A DNA stretch of 29,857 nucleotides from a virus (IMGVR_UViG_3300005805_000326:1-29857); one strand, 5' to 3'; positions 1-8,716 are shown, numbered from the stretch's first letter. Notes: a model not told the origin generated them from the sequence alone. Translations and numbers: made by a program.

Positions 1-53
1 CATTTTTTTTGTAAAAATTCATTTAAATTAAATGAATTTTTACAAAAAAAATG
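1..53. repeat. Perfect inverted repeat (26-bp arms, 1-nt spacer) at the window start
   Basis: Bases 1-26 are the exact reverse complement of 28-53. Confidence 0.9.
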
Positions 54-1068
54 TATCGAGAAAAATATTAGAATTACAGATGCTATAATTAAAGATGTTA
101 TGTTAGACGAGCTTGGATATGTAAGTTCATTAGTTTCGGATAACAATCAAGAATTTAAATCAGATTTTTATATTGATTGTAGTGGTTTTAGAAGAGTTAT
201 CGGATCAAAGCTAGGAGTAAAGTGGATAGATTGTAGCAAGTATTTGCCTATGAATTCAGCTATTGCATTTCCTACAGAAAGGTTAGAAGATATTCCTAGT
301 CATACATTAAGCACAGCAATGAGCTCAGGATGGATGTGGAGAATTCCTACACAAGGAAGGTTTGGCAATGGCTATGTTTACTCTGATGCTTTTTTGTCTG
401 AAGATCAGGCCATAGCTGAAGCACAAAGCTGTTTTAATCATCCTATTGAGATAGCAAAAAAAGTTAAATTTGTTGCTGGATATGTTGATAAGTTTTGGGT
501 TAAAAATTGTGTATGCTTAGGGTTATCAGGAAGTTTTGTTGAACCTTTAGAAGCAAGTAGCATTGGAACCAGTATTCAGCAGGCGATATCATTAGCAGCA
601 AATTTAATCTTTTGGACTAAAGGTGAAGAACAAACTGCCAAGCAATATAATGTTGATTTTGATAACGTAGCTAAAAATATTATAGATTTTGTTCAATTAC
701 ACTATTTTACTCGTCGTGAAGATTCTGAATTTTGGCGAAGTTGTAAAGACTTAATACCTACAGACTTTAATCAAGAAACACTTGAAGTTTTTAAACAAAC
801 ATTACCTAATCATTTATTCTTTTCGAAACCATTTTTAATGTTTAGAGACCAGAACTGGTTAATGGTCATGCACGGTTTAGGAATGCTAGATCCATTAAAG
901 GTTAAACAAATCACAGATTCGCAAAATGCTGATGTTCAATTTGCATCAAACGATGCTATTGAAACATTTAAAAAATTATATAGTGAGCAGGTGTTTTATA
1001 GTCATAGAGAATCATTGTCGATGTTAATGTCTAGAAATTCCTATACAGTGTTAAAGGTAAATGAATAG
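1..1068 (+). CDS. Flavin-dependent halogenase, tryptophan halogenase (PrnA) family; 5'-truncated
   Basis: The frame is open from base 1 (..FKLNEFLQKKCIE..), so the Met at 100 is internal. Motifs: DFYIDCSGF, W-x-W-x-I-P (GWMWRIP), FVEPLEASS, and LHY..RREDSEFW. The N-terminal GxGxxG motif lies outside the window. Confidence 0.9.
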   Translation, partial: HFFCKNSFKLNEFLQKKCIEKNIRITDAIIKDVMLDELGYVSSLVSDNNQEFKSDFYIDCSGFRRVIGSKLGVKWIDCSKYLPMNSAIAFPTERLEDIPSHTLSTAMSSGWMWRIPTQGRFGNGYVYSDAFLSEDQAIAEAQSCFNHPIEIAKKVKFVAGYVDKFWVKNCVCLGLSGSFVEPLEASSIGTSIQQAISLAANLIFWTKGEEQTAKQYNVDFDNVAKNIIDFVQLHYFTRREDSEFWRSCKDLIPTDFNQETLEVFKQTLPNHLFFSKPFLMFRDQNWLMVMHGLGMLDPLKVKQITDSQNADVQFASNDAIETFKKLYSEQVFYSHRESLSMLMSRNSYTVLKVNE

Positions 1069-1079
1069 GATATTAATAA

Positions 1080-2666
1080 ATGGGTGCAGTTAATAAAATT
1101 GTTATTGTAGGAGGAGGAAGCGCTGGATGGATGAGTGCTTCAACATTAATTAAAAACTTTCCTCTAAAAGAAATTATTGTTATTGAAAGTGTTAATACGC
1201 CAACAGTTGGTGTGGGTGAAAGCACTATTGGGCAAATTAACGAATGGCTTCATTCATTAGATATTAAAGATGAAGATTGGATGAAGCATTGTGATGCTAG
1301 TTATAAGTTTAGTATAAAATTTACTGATTTTTATAAAAAAGGATCGGGAAGTTTTCATTATCCGTTTGGCGTTCCTTTTTCAGATCATATACACTTTCCT
1401 AGAGGACTAAGTGATTGGTACATAAGAAAGGCTTTAGATCCTAATTTACCGGTGTCTAATTTTGCAGAAATGTTCTTTCCTGCGGTAAGTCTCAGTGAAG
1501 CTAACAGAATATGTGAAAATAAAAACAATGAATTTCCAGGATGGAGCTTTGAAAGAGATGTAGCTTACCACTTTGATGCTGCTAAATTTGGAGCTTGGTT
1601 AAGAGATAATTATTCAGTCCCAAAAGGTGTAAAAGTTTTAAATGAAGAAGTTGTTGATATTGTAACAAATGAAGAAGGTATAGATTCATTAATTCTTTCT
1701 AGTGGTGAGCAGTTATCAGCTGATCTTTTTATTGATTGTACCGGTTTTAAATGCTTGCTTTTAGAAAAGACTTTAGGTGTTAAATTTGAAAGTTATGAGC
1801 ACTTATTGCCCAATAATAGTGCTTGGGCTACTCGTATTCCATATACAGATAAAGAACAAGAGCTAGAGCCATACACTAATTGTACTGCTATACAAAATGG
1901 ATGGGTTTGGAATATTCCTCTCTGGAGTCGACTAGGAACTGGGTATGTATTCAGTGACAAATATATTAGTGAGCAAGCAGCCTTAGAGCAATTTAAAGAC
2001 TACTTGATTAATTACAGAGACAATAAAATATCTAAAGATATTGTCAATAACGTTGACTATAAGCTAATTAAAATGCGTATAGGTATACACGAAAAAATAT
2101 ATCATAAAAATGTGTGTGCGATAGGGCTATCAGCTGGATTTATAGAACCACTAGAATCTAGCGGATTATATACAGTACATGAATTTTTATTAAAATTAGT
2201 TTTAGCCCTAGCAAGAGATGAAATAACTGAGTTTGATAGGTTAGCATTTAATGAGTCTTGTAGAGGGGATTTTAGAGCTTTTGCTGAATTTGTGGCTTTG
2301 CATTATGCGTTAAGTCATAGGGATGATAGTGAATACTGGAGAGATATTCGAAAAAGAGATTTTTCAAAAACTATGCCATTAGGAATATATTCAACCTTTG
2401 GAGTGGATAATATCATTTACAGAAGATATGTTAGTAACATTTATGATAATGATATGGGTGGAACCCTTTGCGTTGCTACCGGTATGAACTTTTTACCAAT
2501 GGATTATAGCTATTTAAAGCGTATAAGTTTTAGGTTTAATTCCTATGACTACGTTGAAAATTTGCAGAAAAATTTTTCATACTGGGATATGTTGTTAAAT
2601 CAGCGAAAAGAGTATGTAAAAACTTTCCCAACAATTTATGAATTTTTAAAACAAAAATATGCATGA
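1080..2666 (+). CDS. Flavin-dependent halogenase, tryptophan halogenase (PrnA/RebH) family
   Basis: FAD-binding IVIVGGGSAGW, VGVGEST, catalytic-Lys region ASYKFSIKF, AYHFDA, FIDCTGF, WVWNIP, FIEPLESSG, HY..SHRDDSEYW. 528 aa; AGGA upstream of the start. Confidence 0.93.
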   Translation: MGAVNKIVIVGGGSAGWMSASTLIKNFPLKEIIVIESVNTPTVGVGESTIGQINEWLHSLDIKDEDWMKHCDASYKFSIKFTDFYKKGSGSFHYPFGVPFSDHIHFPRGLSDWYIRKALDPNLPVSNFAEMFFPAVSLSEANRICENKNNEFPGWSFERDVAYHFDAAKFGAWLRDNYSVPKGVKVLNEEVVDIVTNEEGIDSLILSSGEQLSADLFIDCTGFKCLLLEKTLGVKFESYEHLLPNNSAWATRIPYTDKEQELEPYTNCTAIQNGWVWNIPLWSRLGTGYVFSDKYISEQAALEQFKDYLINYRDNKISKDIVNNVDYKLIKMRIGIHEKIYHKNVCAIGLSAGFIEPLESSGLYTVHEFLLKLVLALARDEITEFDRLAFNESCRGDFRAFAEFVALHYALSHRDDSEYWRDIRKRDFSKTMPLGIYSTFGVDNIIYRRYVSNIYDNDMGGTLCVATGMNFLPMDYSYLKRISFRFNSYDYVENLQKNFSYWDMLLNQRKEYVKTFPTIYEFLKQKYA

Positions 2667-3246
2667 TCAATTCATTAAAGTTTTTTCTAATGCAGTATCT
2701 ACAGAATTCTGCCAAAATGTTATAAGTCATTTCGAAAGACTGTTGTCAGAAGGACGAACAATTAATAGACAACAACATGAAAGATCATTAAACATAGCTA
2801 AAGACGATGAGCAATATTTTTTTGAAAATGAAGCTGATCAACTAATATTAGATATTAATAGTCAAGTATTGAGAGAATTTAATAGCTCTATAAAAGCTCA
2901 TTATCAAATGTATCTAAATGAAATCGGAATTCTTAATCAGGTAGCAGCTCATTCAATAAGTGAATCAATTAAAATACAAAAAACAAAGCCCGGGCAAGGT
3001 TATCATGTATGGCATTGTGAGCATACTAATTTAATCTCTAGTCGGAGATTATTATTCGTAATACTTTACCTTAACACTATTGAATCTGGCGGGGAGACTG
3101 AATTTTTATATCAGTCATTGAGAATTCCTCCTGTTAAAGGAACTTTATTATTCGCTCCTAGCTCTTTCACTCATACGCATAGAGGAAATCCTCCTTTAAA
3201 GGAAAACAAGTACATAATTACGACCTGGATAGAATTTGTAGAATGA
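2659..3246 (+). CDS. 2OG-Fe(II) dioxygenase (prolyl-4-hydroxylase-like)
   Basis: GYHVWHCE (H-x-E), ILYLNT..GGETEF, THTHRGNPP (distal His) and KYIITTW, a pattern typical of T4-like phage oxygenases. Overlaps the upstream stop by 8 nt. Confidence 0.88.
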   Translation: MHDQFIKVFSNAVSTEFCQNVISHFERLLSEGRTINRQQHERSLNIAKDDEQYFFENEADQLILDINSQVLREFNSSIKAHYQMYLNEIGILNQVAAHSISESIKIQKTKPGQGYHVWHCEHTNLISSRRLLFVILYLNTIESGGETEFLYQSLRIPPVKGTLLFAPSSFTHTHRGNPPLKENKYIITTWIEFVE

Positions 3247-3821
3247 GGCAAGAAATTAACTTAGGAAAAATTCCGTTACTAATAAGTGATTGGGATGATT
3301 TTTTTAATCATAAAAGTACTATTGTAGAGACCTGTATTTTGTCAGAAAAAATTAATACCATAGAATCAAATGTAGCTGTTAAGGCAAAACATAATTTATG
3401 GGAATCACCATTTAATTTTTTAGAAAATACAAAGTTGGTTGATTTAAAATTATGGATAATTTTAGAGTCAGAATTTTTAATAAGTTCATTAAACAACAAG
3501 TTAATAAGAGTTTCTTTAATTGAAAGTTGGGCTCATGTTACACGAACAGCAGGATTTCATAGTCCTCATTATCATAATAATTCGACCTGGTCAGGAATTT
3601 TTTACGTTCAGTCAGATGATATAGACAGCGGAAATAATAATTGGTATTTGCCTTATTATATTGAAAGAAAAATTGGATTAGATTTCGCTGAAGATAAAAT
3701 TACTGCTAGTTTTGTTCCAGGCAGAATGATTCTTTTTCCTAGTATGTTATTACATGATGCAGCTCCTTATTTAGGGACAGATCCTAGAATAGTTATAGGG
3801 TTTAATTTAATATGCTTATAA
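3243..3821 (+). CDS. Putative 2OG-Fe(II) dioxygenase (TIGR02466 / 2OG-FeII_Oxy_5-like)
   Basis: ESWAH, HSPHYH..S.WSGIFYV, G.MILFPS.LLH and RIVIGFN. ATGA overlap with the previous gene. Confidence 0.82.
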   Translation: MRQEINLGKIPLLISDWDDFFNHKSTIVETCILSEKINTIESNVAVKAKHNLWESPFNFLENTKLVDLKLWIILESEFLISSLNNKLIRVSLIESWAHVTRTAGFHSPHYHNNSTWSGIFYVQSDDIDSGNNNWYLPYYIERKIGLDFAEDKITASFVPGRMILFPSMLLHDAAPYLGTDPRIVIGFNLICL

Positions 3822-4402
3822 TAGACGAAATTGTTGTTTTAGATAATTTTTTACCTGAACAGTACGCTAATAGGGTAGAAAAAGAAATGTTGCATCCTAC
3901 AATTCCTTGGCATTATATGAGTGATATCACATATGATGTTGAAAGATTAGAAGGTATTACAATTGATAAGCCACGACCAGCTTTTGCACACAAAATGTAT
4001 GATAAGAATCAAGGGGTTATAAGTAATGCATTTGGTTTTGTATTGCCGATTGCTTATTTTGCCTGTGAACAGGTAAAATTTCAAATAACTGAGGTAATTG
4101 CTGCTCGAAGCTTTTTAACTGTTCCTATTGGAAGTAATGAGGCAGATCATCCTCATGTAGATAGAGAAGTTTCACATATGGTAGTTTTGTACTATGTTTG
4201 TGACTCAGACGGTGATACAATATTTTATGATAAAACTTTTAGAGATGTAGATCCTAGAGATTTAAAACCAGGAATGCTTTCAGAAATTAAAAGAATAACT
4301 CCTAAAAAAGGAAGAGCCGTCGTATTTGACGGCTCTCGATATCATGCTAGCACTAGACCAACTATAAATAAACGCTTAGTAATTAATTTCGGTCTTTGGT
4401 AA
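3812..4402 (+). CDS. 2OG-Fe(II) dioxygenase
   Basis: IVVLDNFL, PHVD (H-x-D), LYYV.DSDGDT.F, PKKGRAVVFDG..YHAS and RLVINF (2OG-binding Arg). Confidence 0.85.
   Translation: MLIIDEIVVLDNFLPEQYANRVEKEMLHPTIPWHYMSDITYDVERLEGITIDKPRPAFAHKMYDKNQGVISNAFGFVLPIAYFACEQVKFQITEVIAARSFLTVPIGSNEADHPHVDREVSHMVVLYYVCDSDGDTIFYDKTFRDVDPRDLKPGMLSEIKRITPKKGRAVVFDGSRYHASTRPTINKRLVINFGLW
4304..4336 (-). terminator. Probable intrinsic terminator of the minus-strand structural operon, embedded in the plus-strand oxygenase CDS
   Basis: Perfect 9-bp GC-rich stem AGAGCCGTC(4313-4321)/GACGGCTCT(4328-4336) with a 6-nt loop. On the minus strand it is followed by UCCUUUUUU, about 70 nt past the stop of the last minus-strand gene. 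Confidence 0.65.
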
Positions 4403-4798
4403 TTATTGTCTAAAAATTACGTTTCCTGGGTCACCTTCTGAACCAGGCTTTGGTACATTGTCTTTAACATATTTAATTGATTGAAACCATTGTCCGTTAA
4501 TTGAAATTCCACCAGTAGCTTTTATTTCTTTATAAAGCATATCCATTTGATCACTGAGTGGAGGATATGCTCTCATTCTTTGCATAACAAATGGTTCCAC
4601 AGGATTTCCAAACTCATCCCTTGAATGTGCATGAGGATCTATAAAAGTATTTGTATCAGCATCATAAATCCAAGCCGATTCGCAATTATCTGGACAAGGT
4701 TTCCACATAAAATCATGTGTAGTATCAAATTCAGTTTCATTTTCTTCGATTATTTGACAAACTGTCATAAATCTTTTATCTATCAATGCTTTTTTCAT
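4403..4798 (-). CDS. Probable tail-fibre assembly/chaperone-like small protein
   Basis: Last gene after three fibre genes. W..CPD.C...W.YD N-terminal part and an R..AYP.LSDQMDMLY motif that is common in small fibre-associated phage proteins. SD GAGGGTG. Confidence 0.55.
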   Translation of the reverse strand: MKKALIDKRFMTVCQIIEENETEFDTTHDFMWKPCPDNCESAWIYDADTNTFIDPHAHSRDEFGNPVEPFVMQRMRAYPPLSDQMDMLYKEIKATGGISINGQWFQSIKYVKDNVPKPGSEGDPGNVIFRQ

Positions 4799-4813
4799 TA
4801 TTCACCCTCAAAC

Positions 4814-5785
4814 TTATTTATATTCGTAAACTATACAAATACCTTCTCGACCATTTCTGCCACCTTGCCCATTATGACTTGGGCTAACAGCTACTCCTCC
4901 AGCTCCATAAGCTGACACCCCAGCTGGCTGAACTGTACTTTGATGGGCACCAGGTGTTCCTCCGCCGTAGAAGCTAATTCCACCTTCTCCTCCTGGAGCA
5001 CAATTAGGACTATACTGATCCATATTATTATGACCGCCGCCGCCGCCACCTCTAGTTCCAAAGCCTCCTATGGTACCTGATCCTAAAGACCCCAATCCAC
5101 CTAACCCACCATTGTGTTGTATGTGAGCGTTTGCTCCAGTGCCGCCTGTGGCTGTAAGGTATGCTCCAAAACTAGTTGTGCCGCCTCCTGGACTGTAGCC
5201 AAAATATGCGCCGCCAGATCCTGCACCTCCAACGGTTACTGCAACTGTTGTTATACTAGTGGCATCAATAACTGCCTCAGCATATCCTCCAGCTCCTCCG
5301 CATTCTGAATAAGCACGGCCTCCGCCTCCGCCTCCACACATTACGACGTGTATCCTTTTTACATCATCTCCACTTTTTGTATAAGTTCCATTGGTTGTAA
5401 AGGTAAAAATATTTTTAAGTTTTCCTTTTATTCTATTGGTTCCATAAAGTACAGCAGAATTAGAAGCTACAGTACTATTTGAATTAACATCATAAGTTGT
5501 TCCGACTGTTGTTACCGAAGTTCCTCCTACTGTTAATGTCGTTGCTGTAACTGTGGCAGCAGTGGTTGTTCCTAAATTAGTAACACTAACTGTACCTCCA
5601 GATATACTTACTGAGTTTGATGCTTGAGTAGCAAGTGTATCGGAAATCTTAACTGTAGTAGCTGCATTATTACCGTGAAACATTCTTTGATCTGTAATAT
5701 TTACAGCTAATTCCCCTTGTAGTAATCCACCATTATTCGGTGTAATTCCTGTTGAAACTGAATTCCTAAATCTAAAAACTGGCAT
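4814..5785 (-). CDS. Glycine-rich fibre/receptor-binding protein (paralog 3)
   Basis: N-terminal P..L.QGELAVN.TD fibre-attachment motif (Mtd_N-like). C-terminal Gly-rich domain FT.NGTYTKSG...V.CGGGGGG...GGAGG..E ending G.EGICIVYEY. Confidence 0.75.
   Translation of the reverse strand: MPVFRFRNSVSTGITPNNGGLLQGELAVNITDQRMFHGNNAATTVKISDTLATQASNSVSISGGTVSVTNLGTTTAATVTATTLTVGGTSVTTVGTTYDVNSNSTVASNSAVLYGTNRIKGKLKNIFTFTTNGTYTKSGDDVKRIHVVMCGGGGGGRAYSECGGAGGYAEAVIDATSITTVAVTVGGAGSGGAYFGYSPGGGTTSFGAYLTATGGTGANAHIQHNGGLGGLGSLGSGTIGGFGTRGGGGGGHNNMDQYSPNCAPGGEGGISFYGGGTPGAHQSTVQPAGVSAYGAGGVAVSPSHNGQGGRNGREGICIVYEYK
4815..4822 (-). promoter_or_regulatory. T4-type late promoter motif TATAAATA
   Basis: Exact TATAAATA on the minus strand, overlapping the upstream stop (TAT AAA TAA), 16 nt before the ATG at 4798. 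Confidence 0.5.
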
Positions 5786-5791
5786 ATTTTT

Positions 5792-7306
5792 TTACCTTAA
5801 TTCATATACAATACAAATACCATCTCTGCCATTTGAGCCAGAACCTCCGCTGTTTCCTACACTACCGCTACCACCTGCTCCTGGAGCGCCGTGATCTGCT
5901 GGACGAGGTGCGCTGTGATGGCTGTTTCTACTTCCTCCATAAAAGCTTGCTCCGCCACGACCTGTAGCTGAGTTTGAAGGATTGTTTGTGCCATTATTGT
6001 GTCCTTTTCCGCCACCTCCATAGGAATTAATATTACCACCGGATCCTAGTCCACCATGTCCTCCAGTATGTGTAGCATTACTATTGGCATTAAATCCGCC
6101 GCTAGCAGTTAGGAATGAACCAAAGCTAGTTGTCCCGCCGCTTCCGCCTGATCCGTAATATCCTCCACCAGCGCCGCCTGCTCCAATAGTAACAGTTACA
6201 CTACTAATGCCTTCTGCATCTAATAACTTTTCAGCGTAACCACCTGCTCCACCACTTTCCCCGAACCCACGACCGCCGCCGCCAGCTCCTACACAAATAA
6301 CCCTTAATGCTCTTACATCTGTTCCACTTTTGTTATATGTGTTAACTCCAGTCGAATATACATAGACGTTTTTTACACTAGTATTAGTCGCTCCTAGCTG
6401 TGTATCAATATAAGACTTAATAGCATTTTGTGTGGGTAGTGCTGCTAGTCCTGATCCTGCTCCAAGGACACCGGTTTGAATAGTTGTATAAGTTGCATTT
6501 CCACCTCTTATCCATAGTTTAACATGACTTATATATTGTGCTTCATCTGTTTGTGCTTGATCAGCTCCTAAAGCATGTTGAGCACTAAATGTTGATAGGC
6601 TATGAGAATACCATCCTGTGTCAATTACAACGTATCCATTAGCGCCACCGTTGTCAGCAACTCTAGTAGATCCTCCCGAAGGAGCATAGCTGTAATAACG
6701 ATTACCAAACCACGAAACAGTAGTTCCAGATGCTATGGTGCTGTAAGCAGGCGGAGTTGTAGAAACCTTTGTCATCACCACTCTGTTAGTTTGTGTACCA
6801 CCAGAATTCATTGTCGAAACTGTTGTTGTTTCACCGTCAACACTATCTACATAATGCATATAGCACATATACCTAACTTCAGTATGACTAGGTAAACCAG
6901 ATAAGCTTAACGTATAAGTAGCTGGTCCTCCTGCCCACCCGTGAGCAGTAACGTTGCCTAACCCTCCAAAATCCGTCATATTATAAGTCGTTGCGTTATT
7001 CCAGTTAGCTGTAGGAGCACTTAATCCTTCATCGTAATAAAGAATTTCACCGCTATTAAAAGTTAATGTAGAAGAATTTAAATTTACACTAGTAACTGAT
7101 GTACTATTAATAGCTCCACCTGTTATAGCTACGTTATTAGCATCTTGATTACCCATTGAACTTACAAGAAGAACAGGGTTATTGGAAGCATTTCCTATCC
7201 ATACCCTATTGTCCGCTAAATTAGCAGCTAATTCGCCTCTTTGTAAACTTCCGTTAGCAGGAACTACGCCTGTTGTTGTTGATGTTTTAATTTTAATTCT
7301 TGGCAT
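5792..7306 (-). CDS. Glycine-rich fibre/receptor-binding protein (paralog 2) with an inserted lectin-like domain
   Basis: Same N-terminal GELAAN.AD motif and Gly-rich C-terminus (GRDGICIVYEL) as its neighbours, plus an extra ~185-aa central domain. Confidence 0.75.
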   Translation of the reverse strand: MPRIKIKTSTTTGVVPANGSLQRGELAANLADNRVWIGNASNNPVLLVSSMGNQDANNVAITGGAINSTSVTSVNLNSSTLTFNSGEILYYDEGLSAPTANWNNATTYNMTDFGGLGNVTAHGWAGGPATYTLSLSGLPSHTEVRYMCYMHYVDSVDGETTTVSTMNSGGTQTNRVVMTKVSTTPPAYSTIASGTTVSWFGNRYYSYAPSGGSTRVADNGGANGYVVIDTGWYSHSLSTFSAQHALGADQAQTDEAQYISHVKLWIRGGNATYTTIQTGVLGAGSGLAALPTQNAIKSYIDTQLGATNTSVKNVYVYSTGVNTYNKSGTDVRALRVICVGAGGGGRGFGESGGAGGYAEKLLDAEGISSVTVTIGAGGAGGGYYGSGGSGGTTSFGSFLTASGGFNANSNATHTGGHGGLGSGGNINSYGGGGKGHNNGTNNPSNSATGRGGASFYGGSRNSHHSAPRPADHGAPGAGGSGSVGNSGGSGSNGRDGICIVYELR

Positions 7307-7307
7307 A

Positions 7308-8291
7308 TTACCTATACTCGTAAACTATACAAATTCCATCTTTTCCTCGAAACCCGTAATCATAGTAACCGGCACCATTCCAATAGAAATTACTGCCAGT
7401 GCCTCCTGCACCAGGAGCTCCACCGTTAGTATAAGTTGTATCATTAGGGGCATTAGTAGGGCTAGTATAATGAGTCCCTGGTTGTGCACCTCCAAAGTAG
7501 CTAGCTCCTCCCATTCCTGGATTATGGTGACTTGAGCTATGGCAATTATGATGACCCACGCCGCCACCTCCGTGAAAATTTAAATTCCCACCAGAACCTA
7601 GTCCCCCTTGACCTCCGGTATGATCTTGATTATTATTTGCTCCAGCGCCACCAGTTGCGCTACAGTAAGCTCCAAAGCTTGTAGTACCTCCAGCTGGGCT
7701 ATATCCGTAATAGTTGCCGCCATTGCCGCCACCGCCTATGGTAACCGAAACACTGGTAATTCCAGTAGCATCAATCCATTGTTCAGAAAACCCGCCGGCA
7801 CCGCCGCTTTCACCATAGCCTCGGCCACCGCCACCGCCACCTACTACAATTACTCTAATTTGTCGTACATCACTACCACTTTTTGTATAAGTTCCGTTCG
7901 CAGTAAATGTAATAATATTTTTAAGTGTAGCAGCGTGGCTATTAATATAACTGTACACAGCATCTGAAGTTACTAAGGCTGCGTTGCTTGTTCCTAATGT
8001 AGCTGCTGTAGAAATACCACTTACTGTTTGTCCGCCGGCAATTTGCAGATTTGATGCACTTACTGTTCCTGGTGACGTGGCACCTACAGTTGTATTTTGT
8101 ATACTCCCACCGGTTATACTAACACTATTGGCTGCTTGTCTAGCAGCAGTTCCTAATATTTTAATTGTATTTCCTGATGTTCCACCTATATATAATATTC
8201 CATCAGCATTATTGATCGCTAACTCTCCGGCTACTAATCCAGTAGGCACAACCCCAGATGTATTATTATATTTTAATCGAACATTAGGCAT
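7308..8291 (-). CDS. Glycine-rich fibre/receptor-binding protein (paralog 1)
   Basis: VPTGLVAGELAINNADG N-terminus; Gly-rich C-domain with His-rich loop GHHNCHSSSHHNPG; ends GKDGICIVYEYR. Confidence 0.75.
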   Translation of the reverse strand: MPNVRLKYNNTSGVVPTGLVAGELAINNADGILYIGGTSGNTIKILGTAARQAANSVSITGGSIQNTTVGATSPGTVSASNLQIAGGQTVSGISTAATLGTSNAALVTSDAVYSYINSHAATLKNIITFTANGTYTKSGSDVRQIRVIVVGGGGGGRGYGESGGAGGFSEQWIDATGITSVSVTIGGGGNGGNYYGYSPAGGTTSFGAYCSATGGAGANNNQDHTGGQGGLGSGGNLNFHGGGGVGHHNCHSSSHHNPGMGGASYFGGAQPGTHYTSPTNAPNDTTYTNGGAPGAGGTGSNFYWNGAGYYDYGFRGKDGICIVYEYR

Positions 8292-8716
8292 TAGAAAGTT
8301 CCTCCATTTATGGTTCCTGCGCCTTCAATGTTGCCGCCAACCCATAAATTTCCGCCTATACCTGTACCACCAGTAACAACTAGAGCCCCAGTTGCCGTAC
8401 TACTAGAGGCGTCACTTCCAGGAATAGTAACTACGCCAGAGCCTAATGGATCTAGCACTAAGTTTTGACTTCCTGCTGTACTCAGTGATCCTCCTAGCAC
8501 AATATTACCTGCTACTCCTAACCCGCCACCAAGGACTAATGCTCCTGAGCTTGTAGTAGTTGCTGCATCGGTTCCAGGAATGCTTACTTTACCAGTACCT
8601 GACGGATCTAAAATAATATCATCATTAGCTACAGATCCAATGGTGTTAGCTACAACAACCAAAGTTCCTACGCCGCTACCAGCACCTGCTGTTCCTGTGC
8701 TTATATTTCTACCCAT
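8291..8716 (-). CDS. Small virion fibre-like protein with two tandem ~43-aa repeats
   Basis: ILDPSGTGKVSIPGTDA..TSSGALVLGGGLGVAGNI is repeated as VLDPLGSGVVTIPGSDA..ATGALVVTGGTGIGGNL. C-terminal INGGTF; SD AGGAG; TAATG coupling to the next gene. Confidence 0.65.
   Translation of the reverse strand: MGRNISTGTAGAGSGVGTLVVVANTIGSVANDDIILDPSGTGKVSIPGTDAATTTSSGALVLGGGLGVAGNIVLGGSLSTAGSQNLVLDPLGSGVVTIPGSDASSSTATGALVVTGGTGIGGNLWVGGNIEGAGTINGGTF

Noticed and set aside
1-2666. Pyrrolnitrin/rebeccamycin-type biosynthetic gene cluster (prnA call)
   Set aside because: No prnB/C/D, NRPS/PKS or flavin reductase is present and the context is viral. Substrate is unknown, so no gene symbol was assigned.
4363-4370. 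Exact TATAAATA on the plus strand near the end of the last oxygenase
   Set aside because: It lies in coding sequence (T-I-N-K) with no downstream plus-strand gene, and is plausible by chance in AT-rich DNA. An antisense role cannot be excluded but is unsupported.
4427-4452. Possible plus-strand terminator CCTGG-G-TCA...TGA-A-CCAGG-CTTT
   Set aside because: The stem is interrupted and the U tract is poor; too weak to call.
4814-8291. Diversity-generating retroelement suggested by Mtd_N-like fibre N-termini and similar 3' ends
   Set aside because: There is no reverse transcriptase or non-coding template repeat in the window. The similar 3' ends are coding paralogy, and the differences are not adenine-specific.
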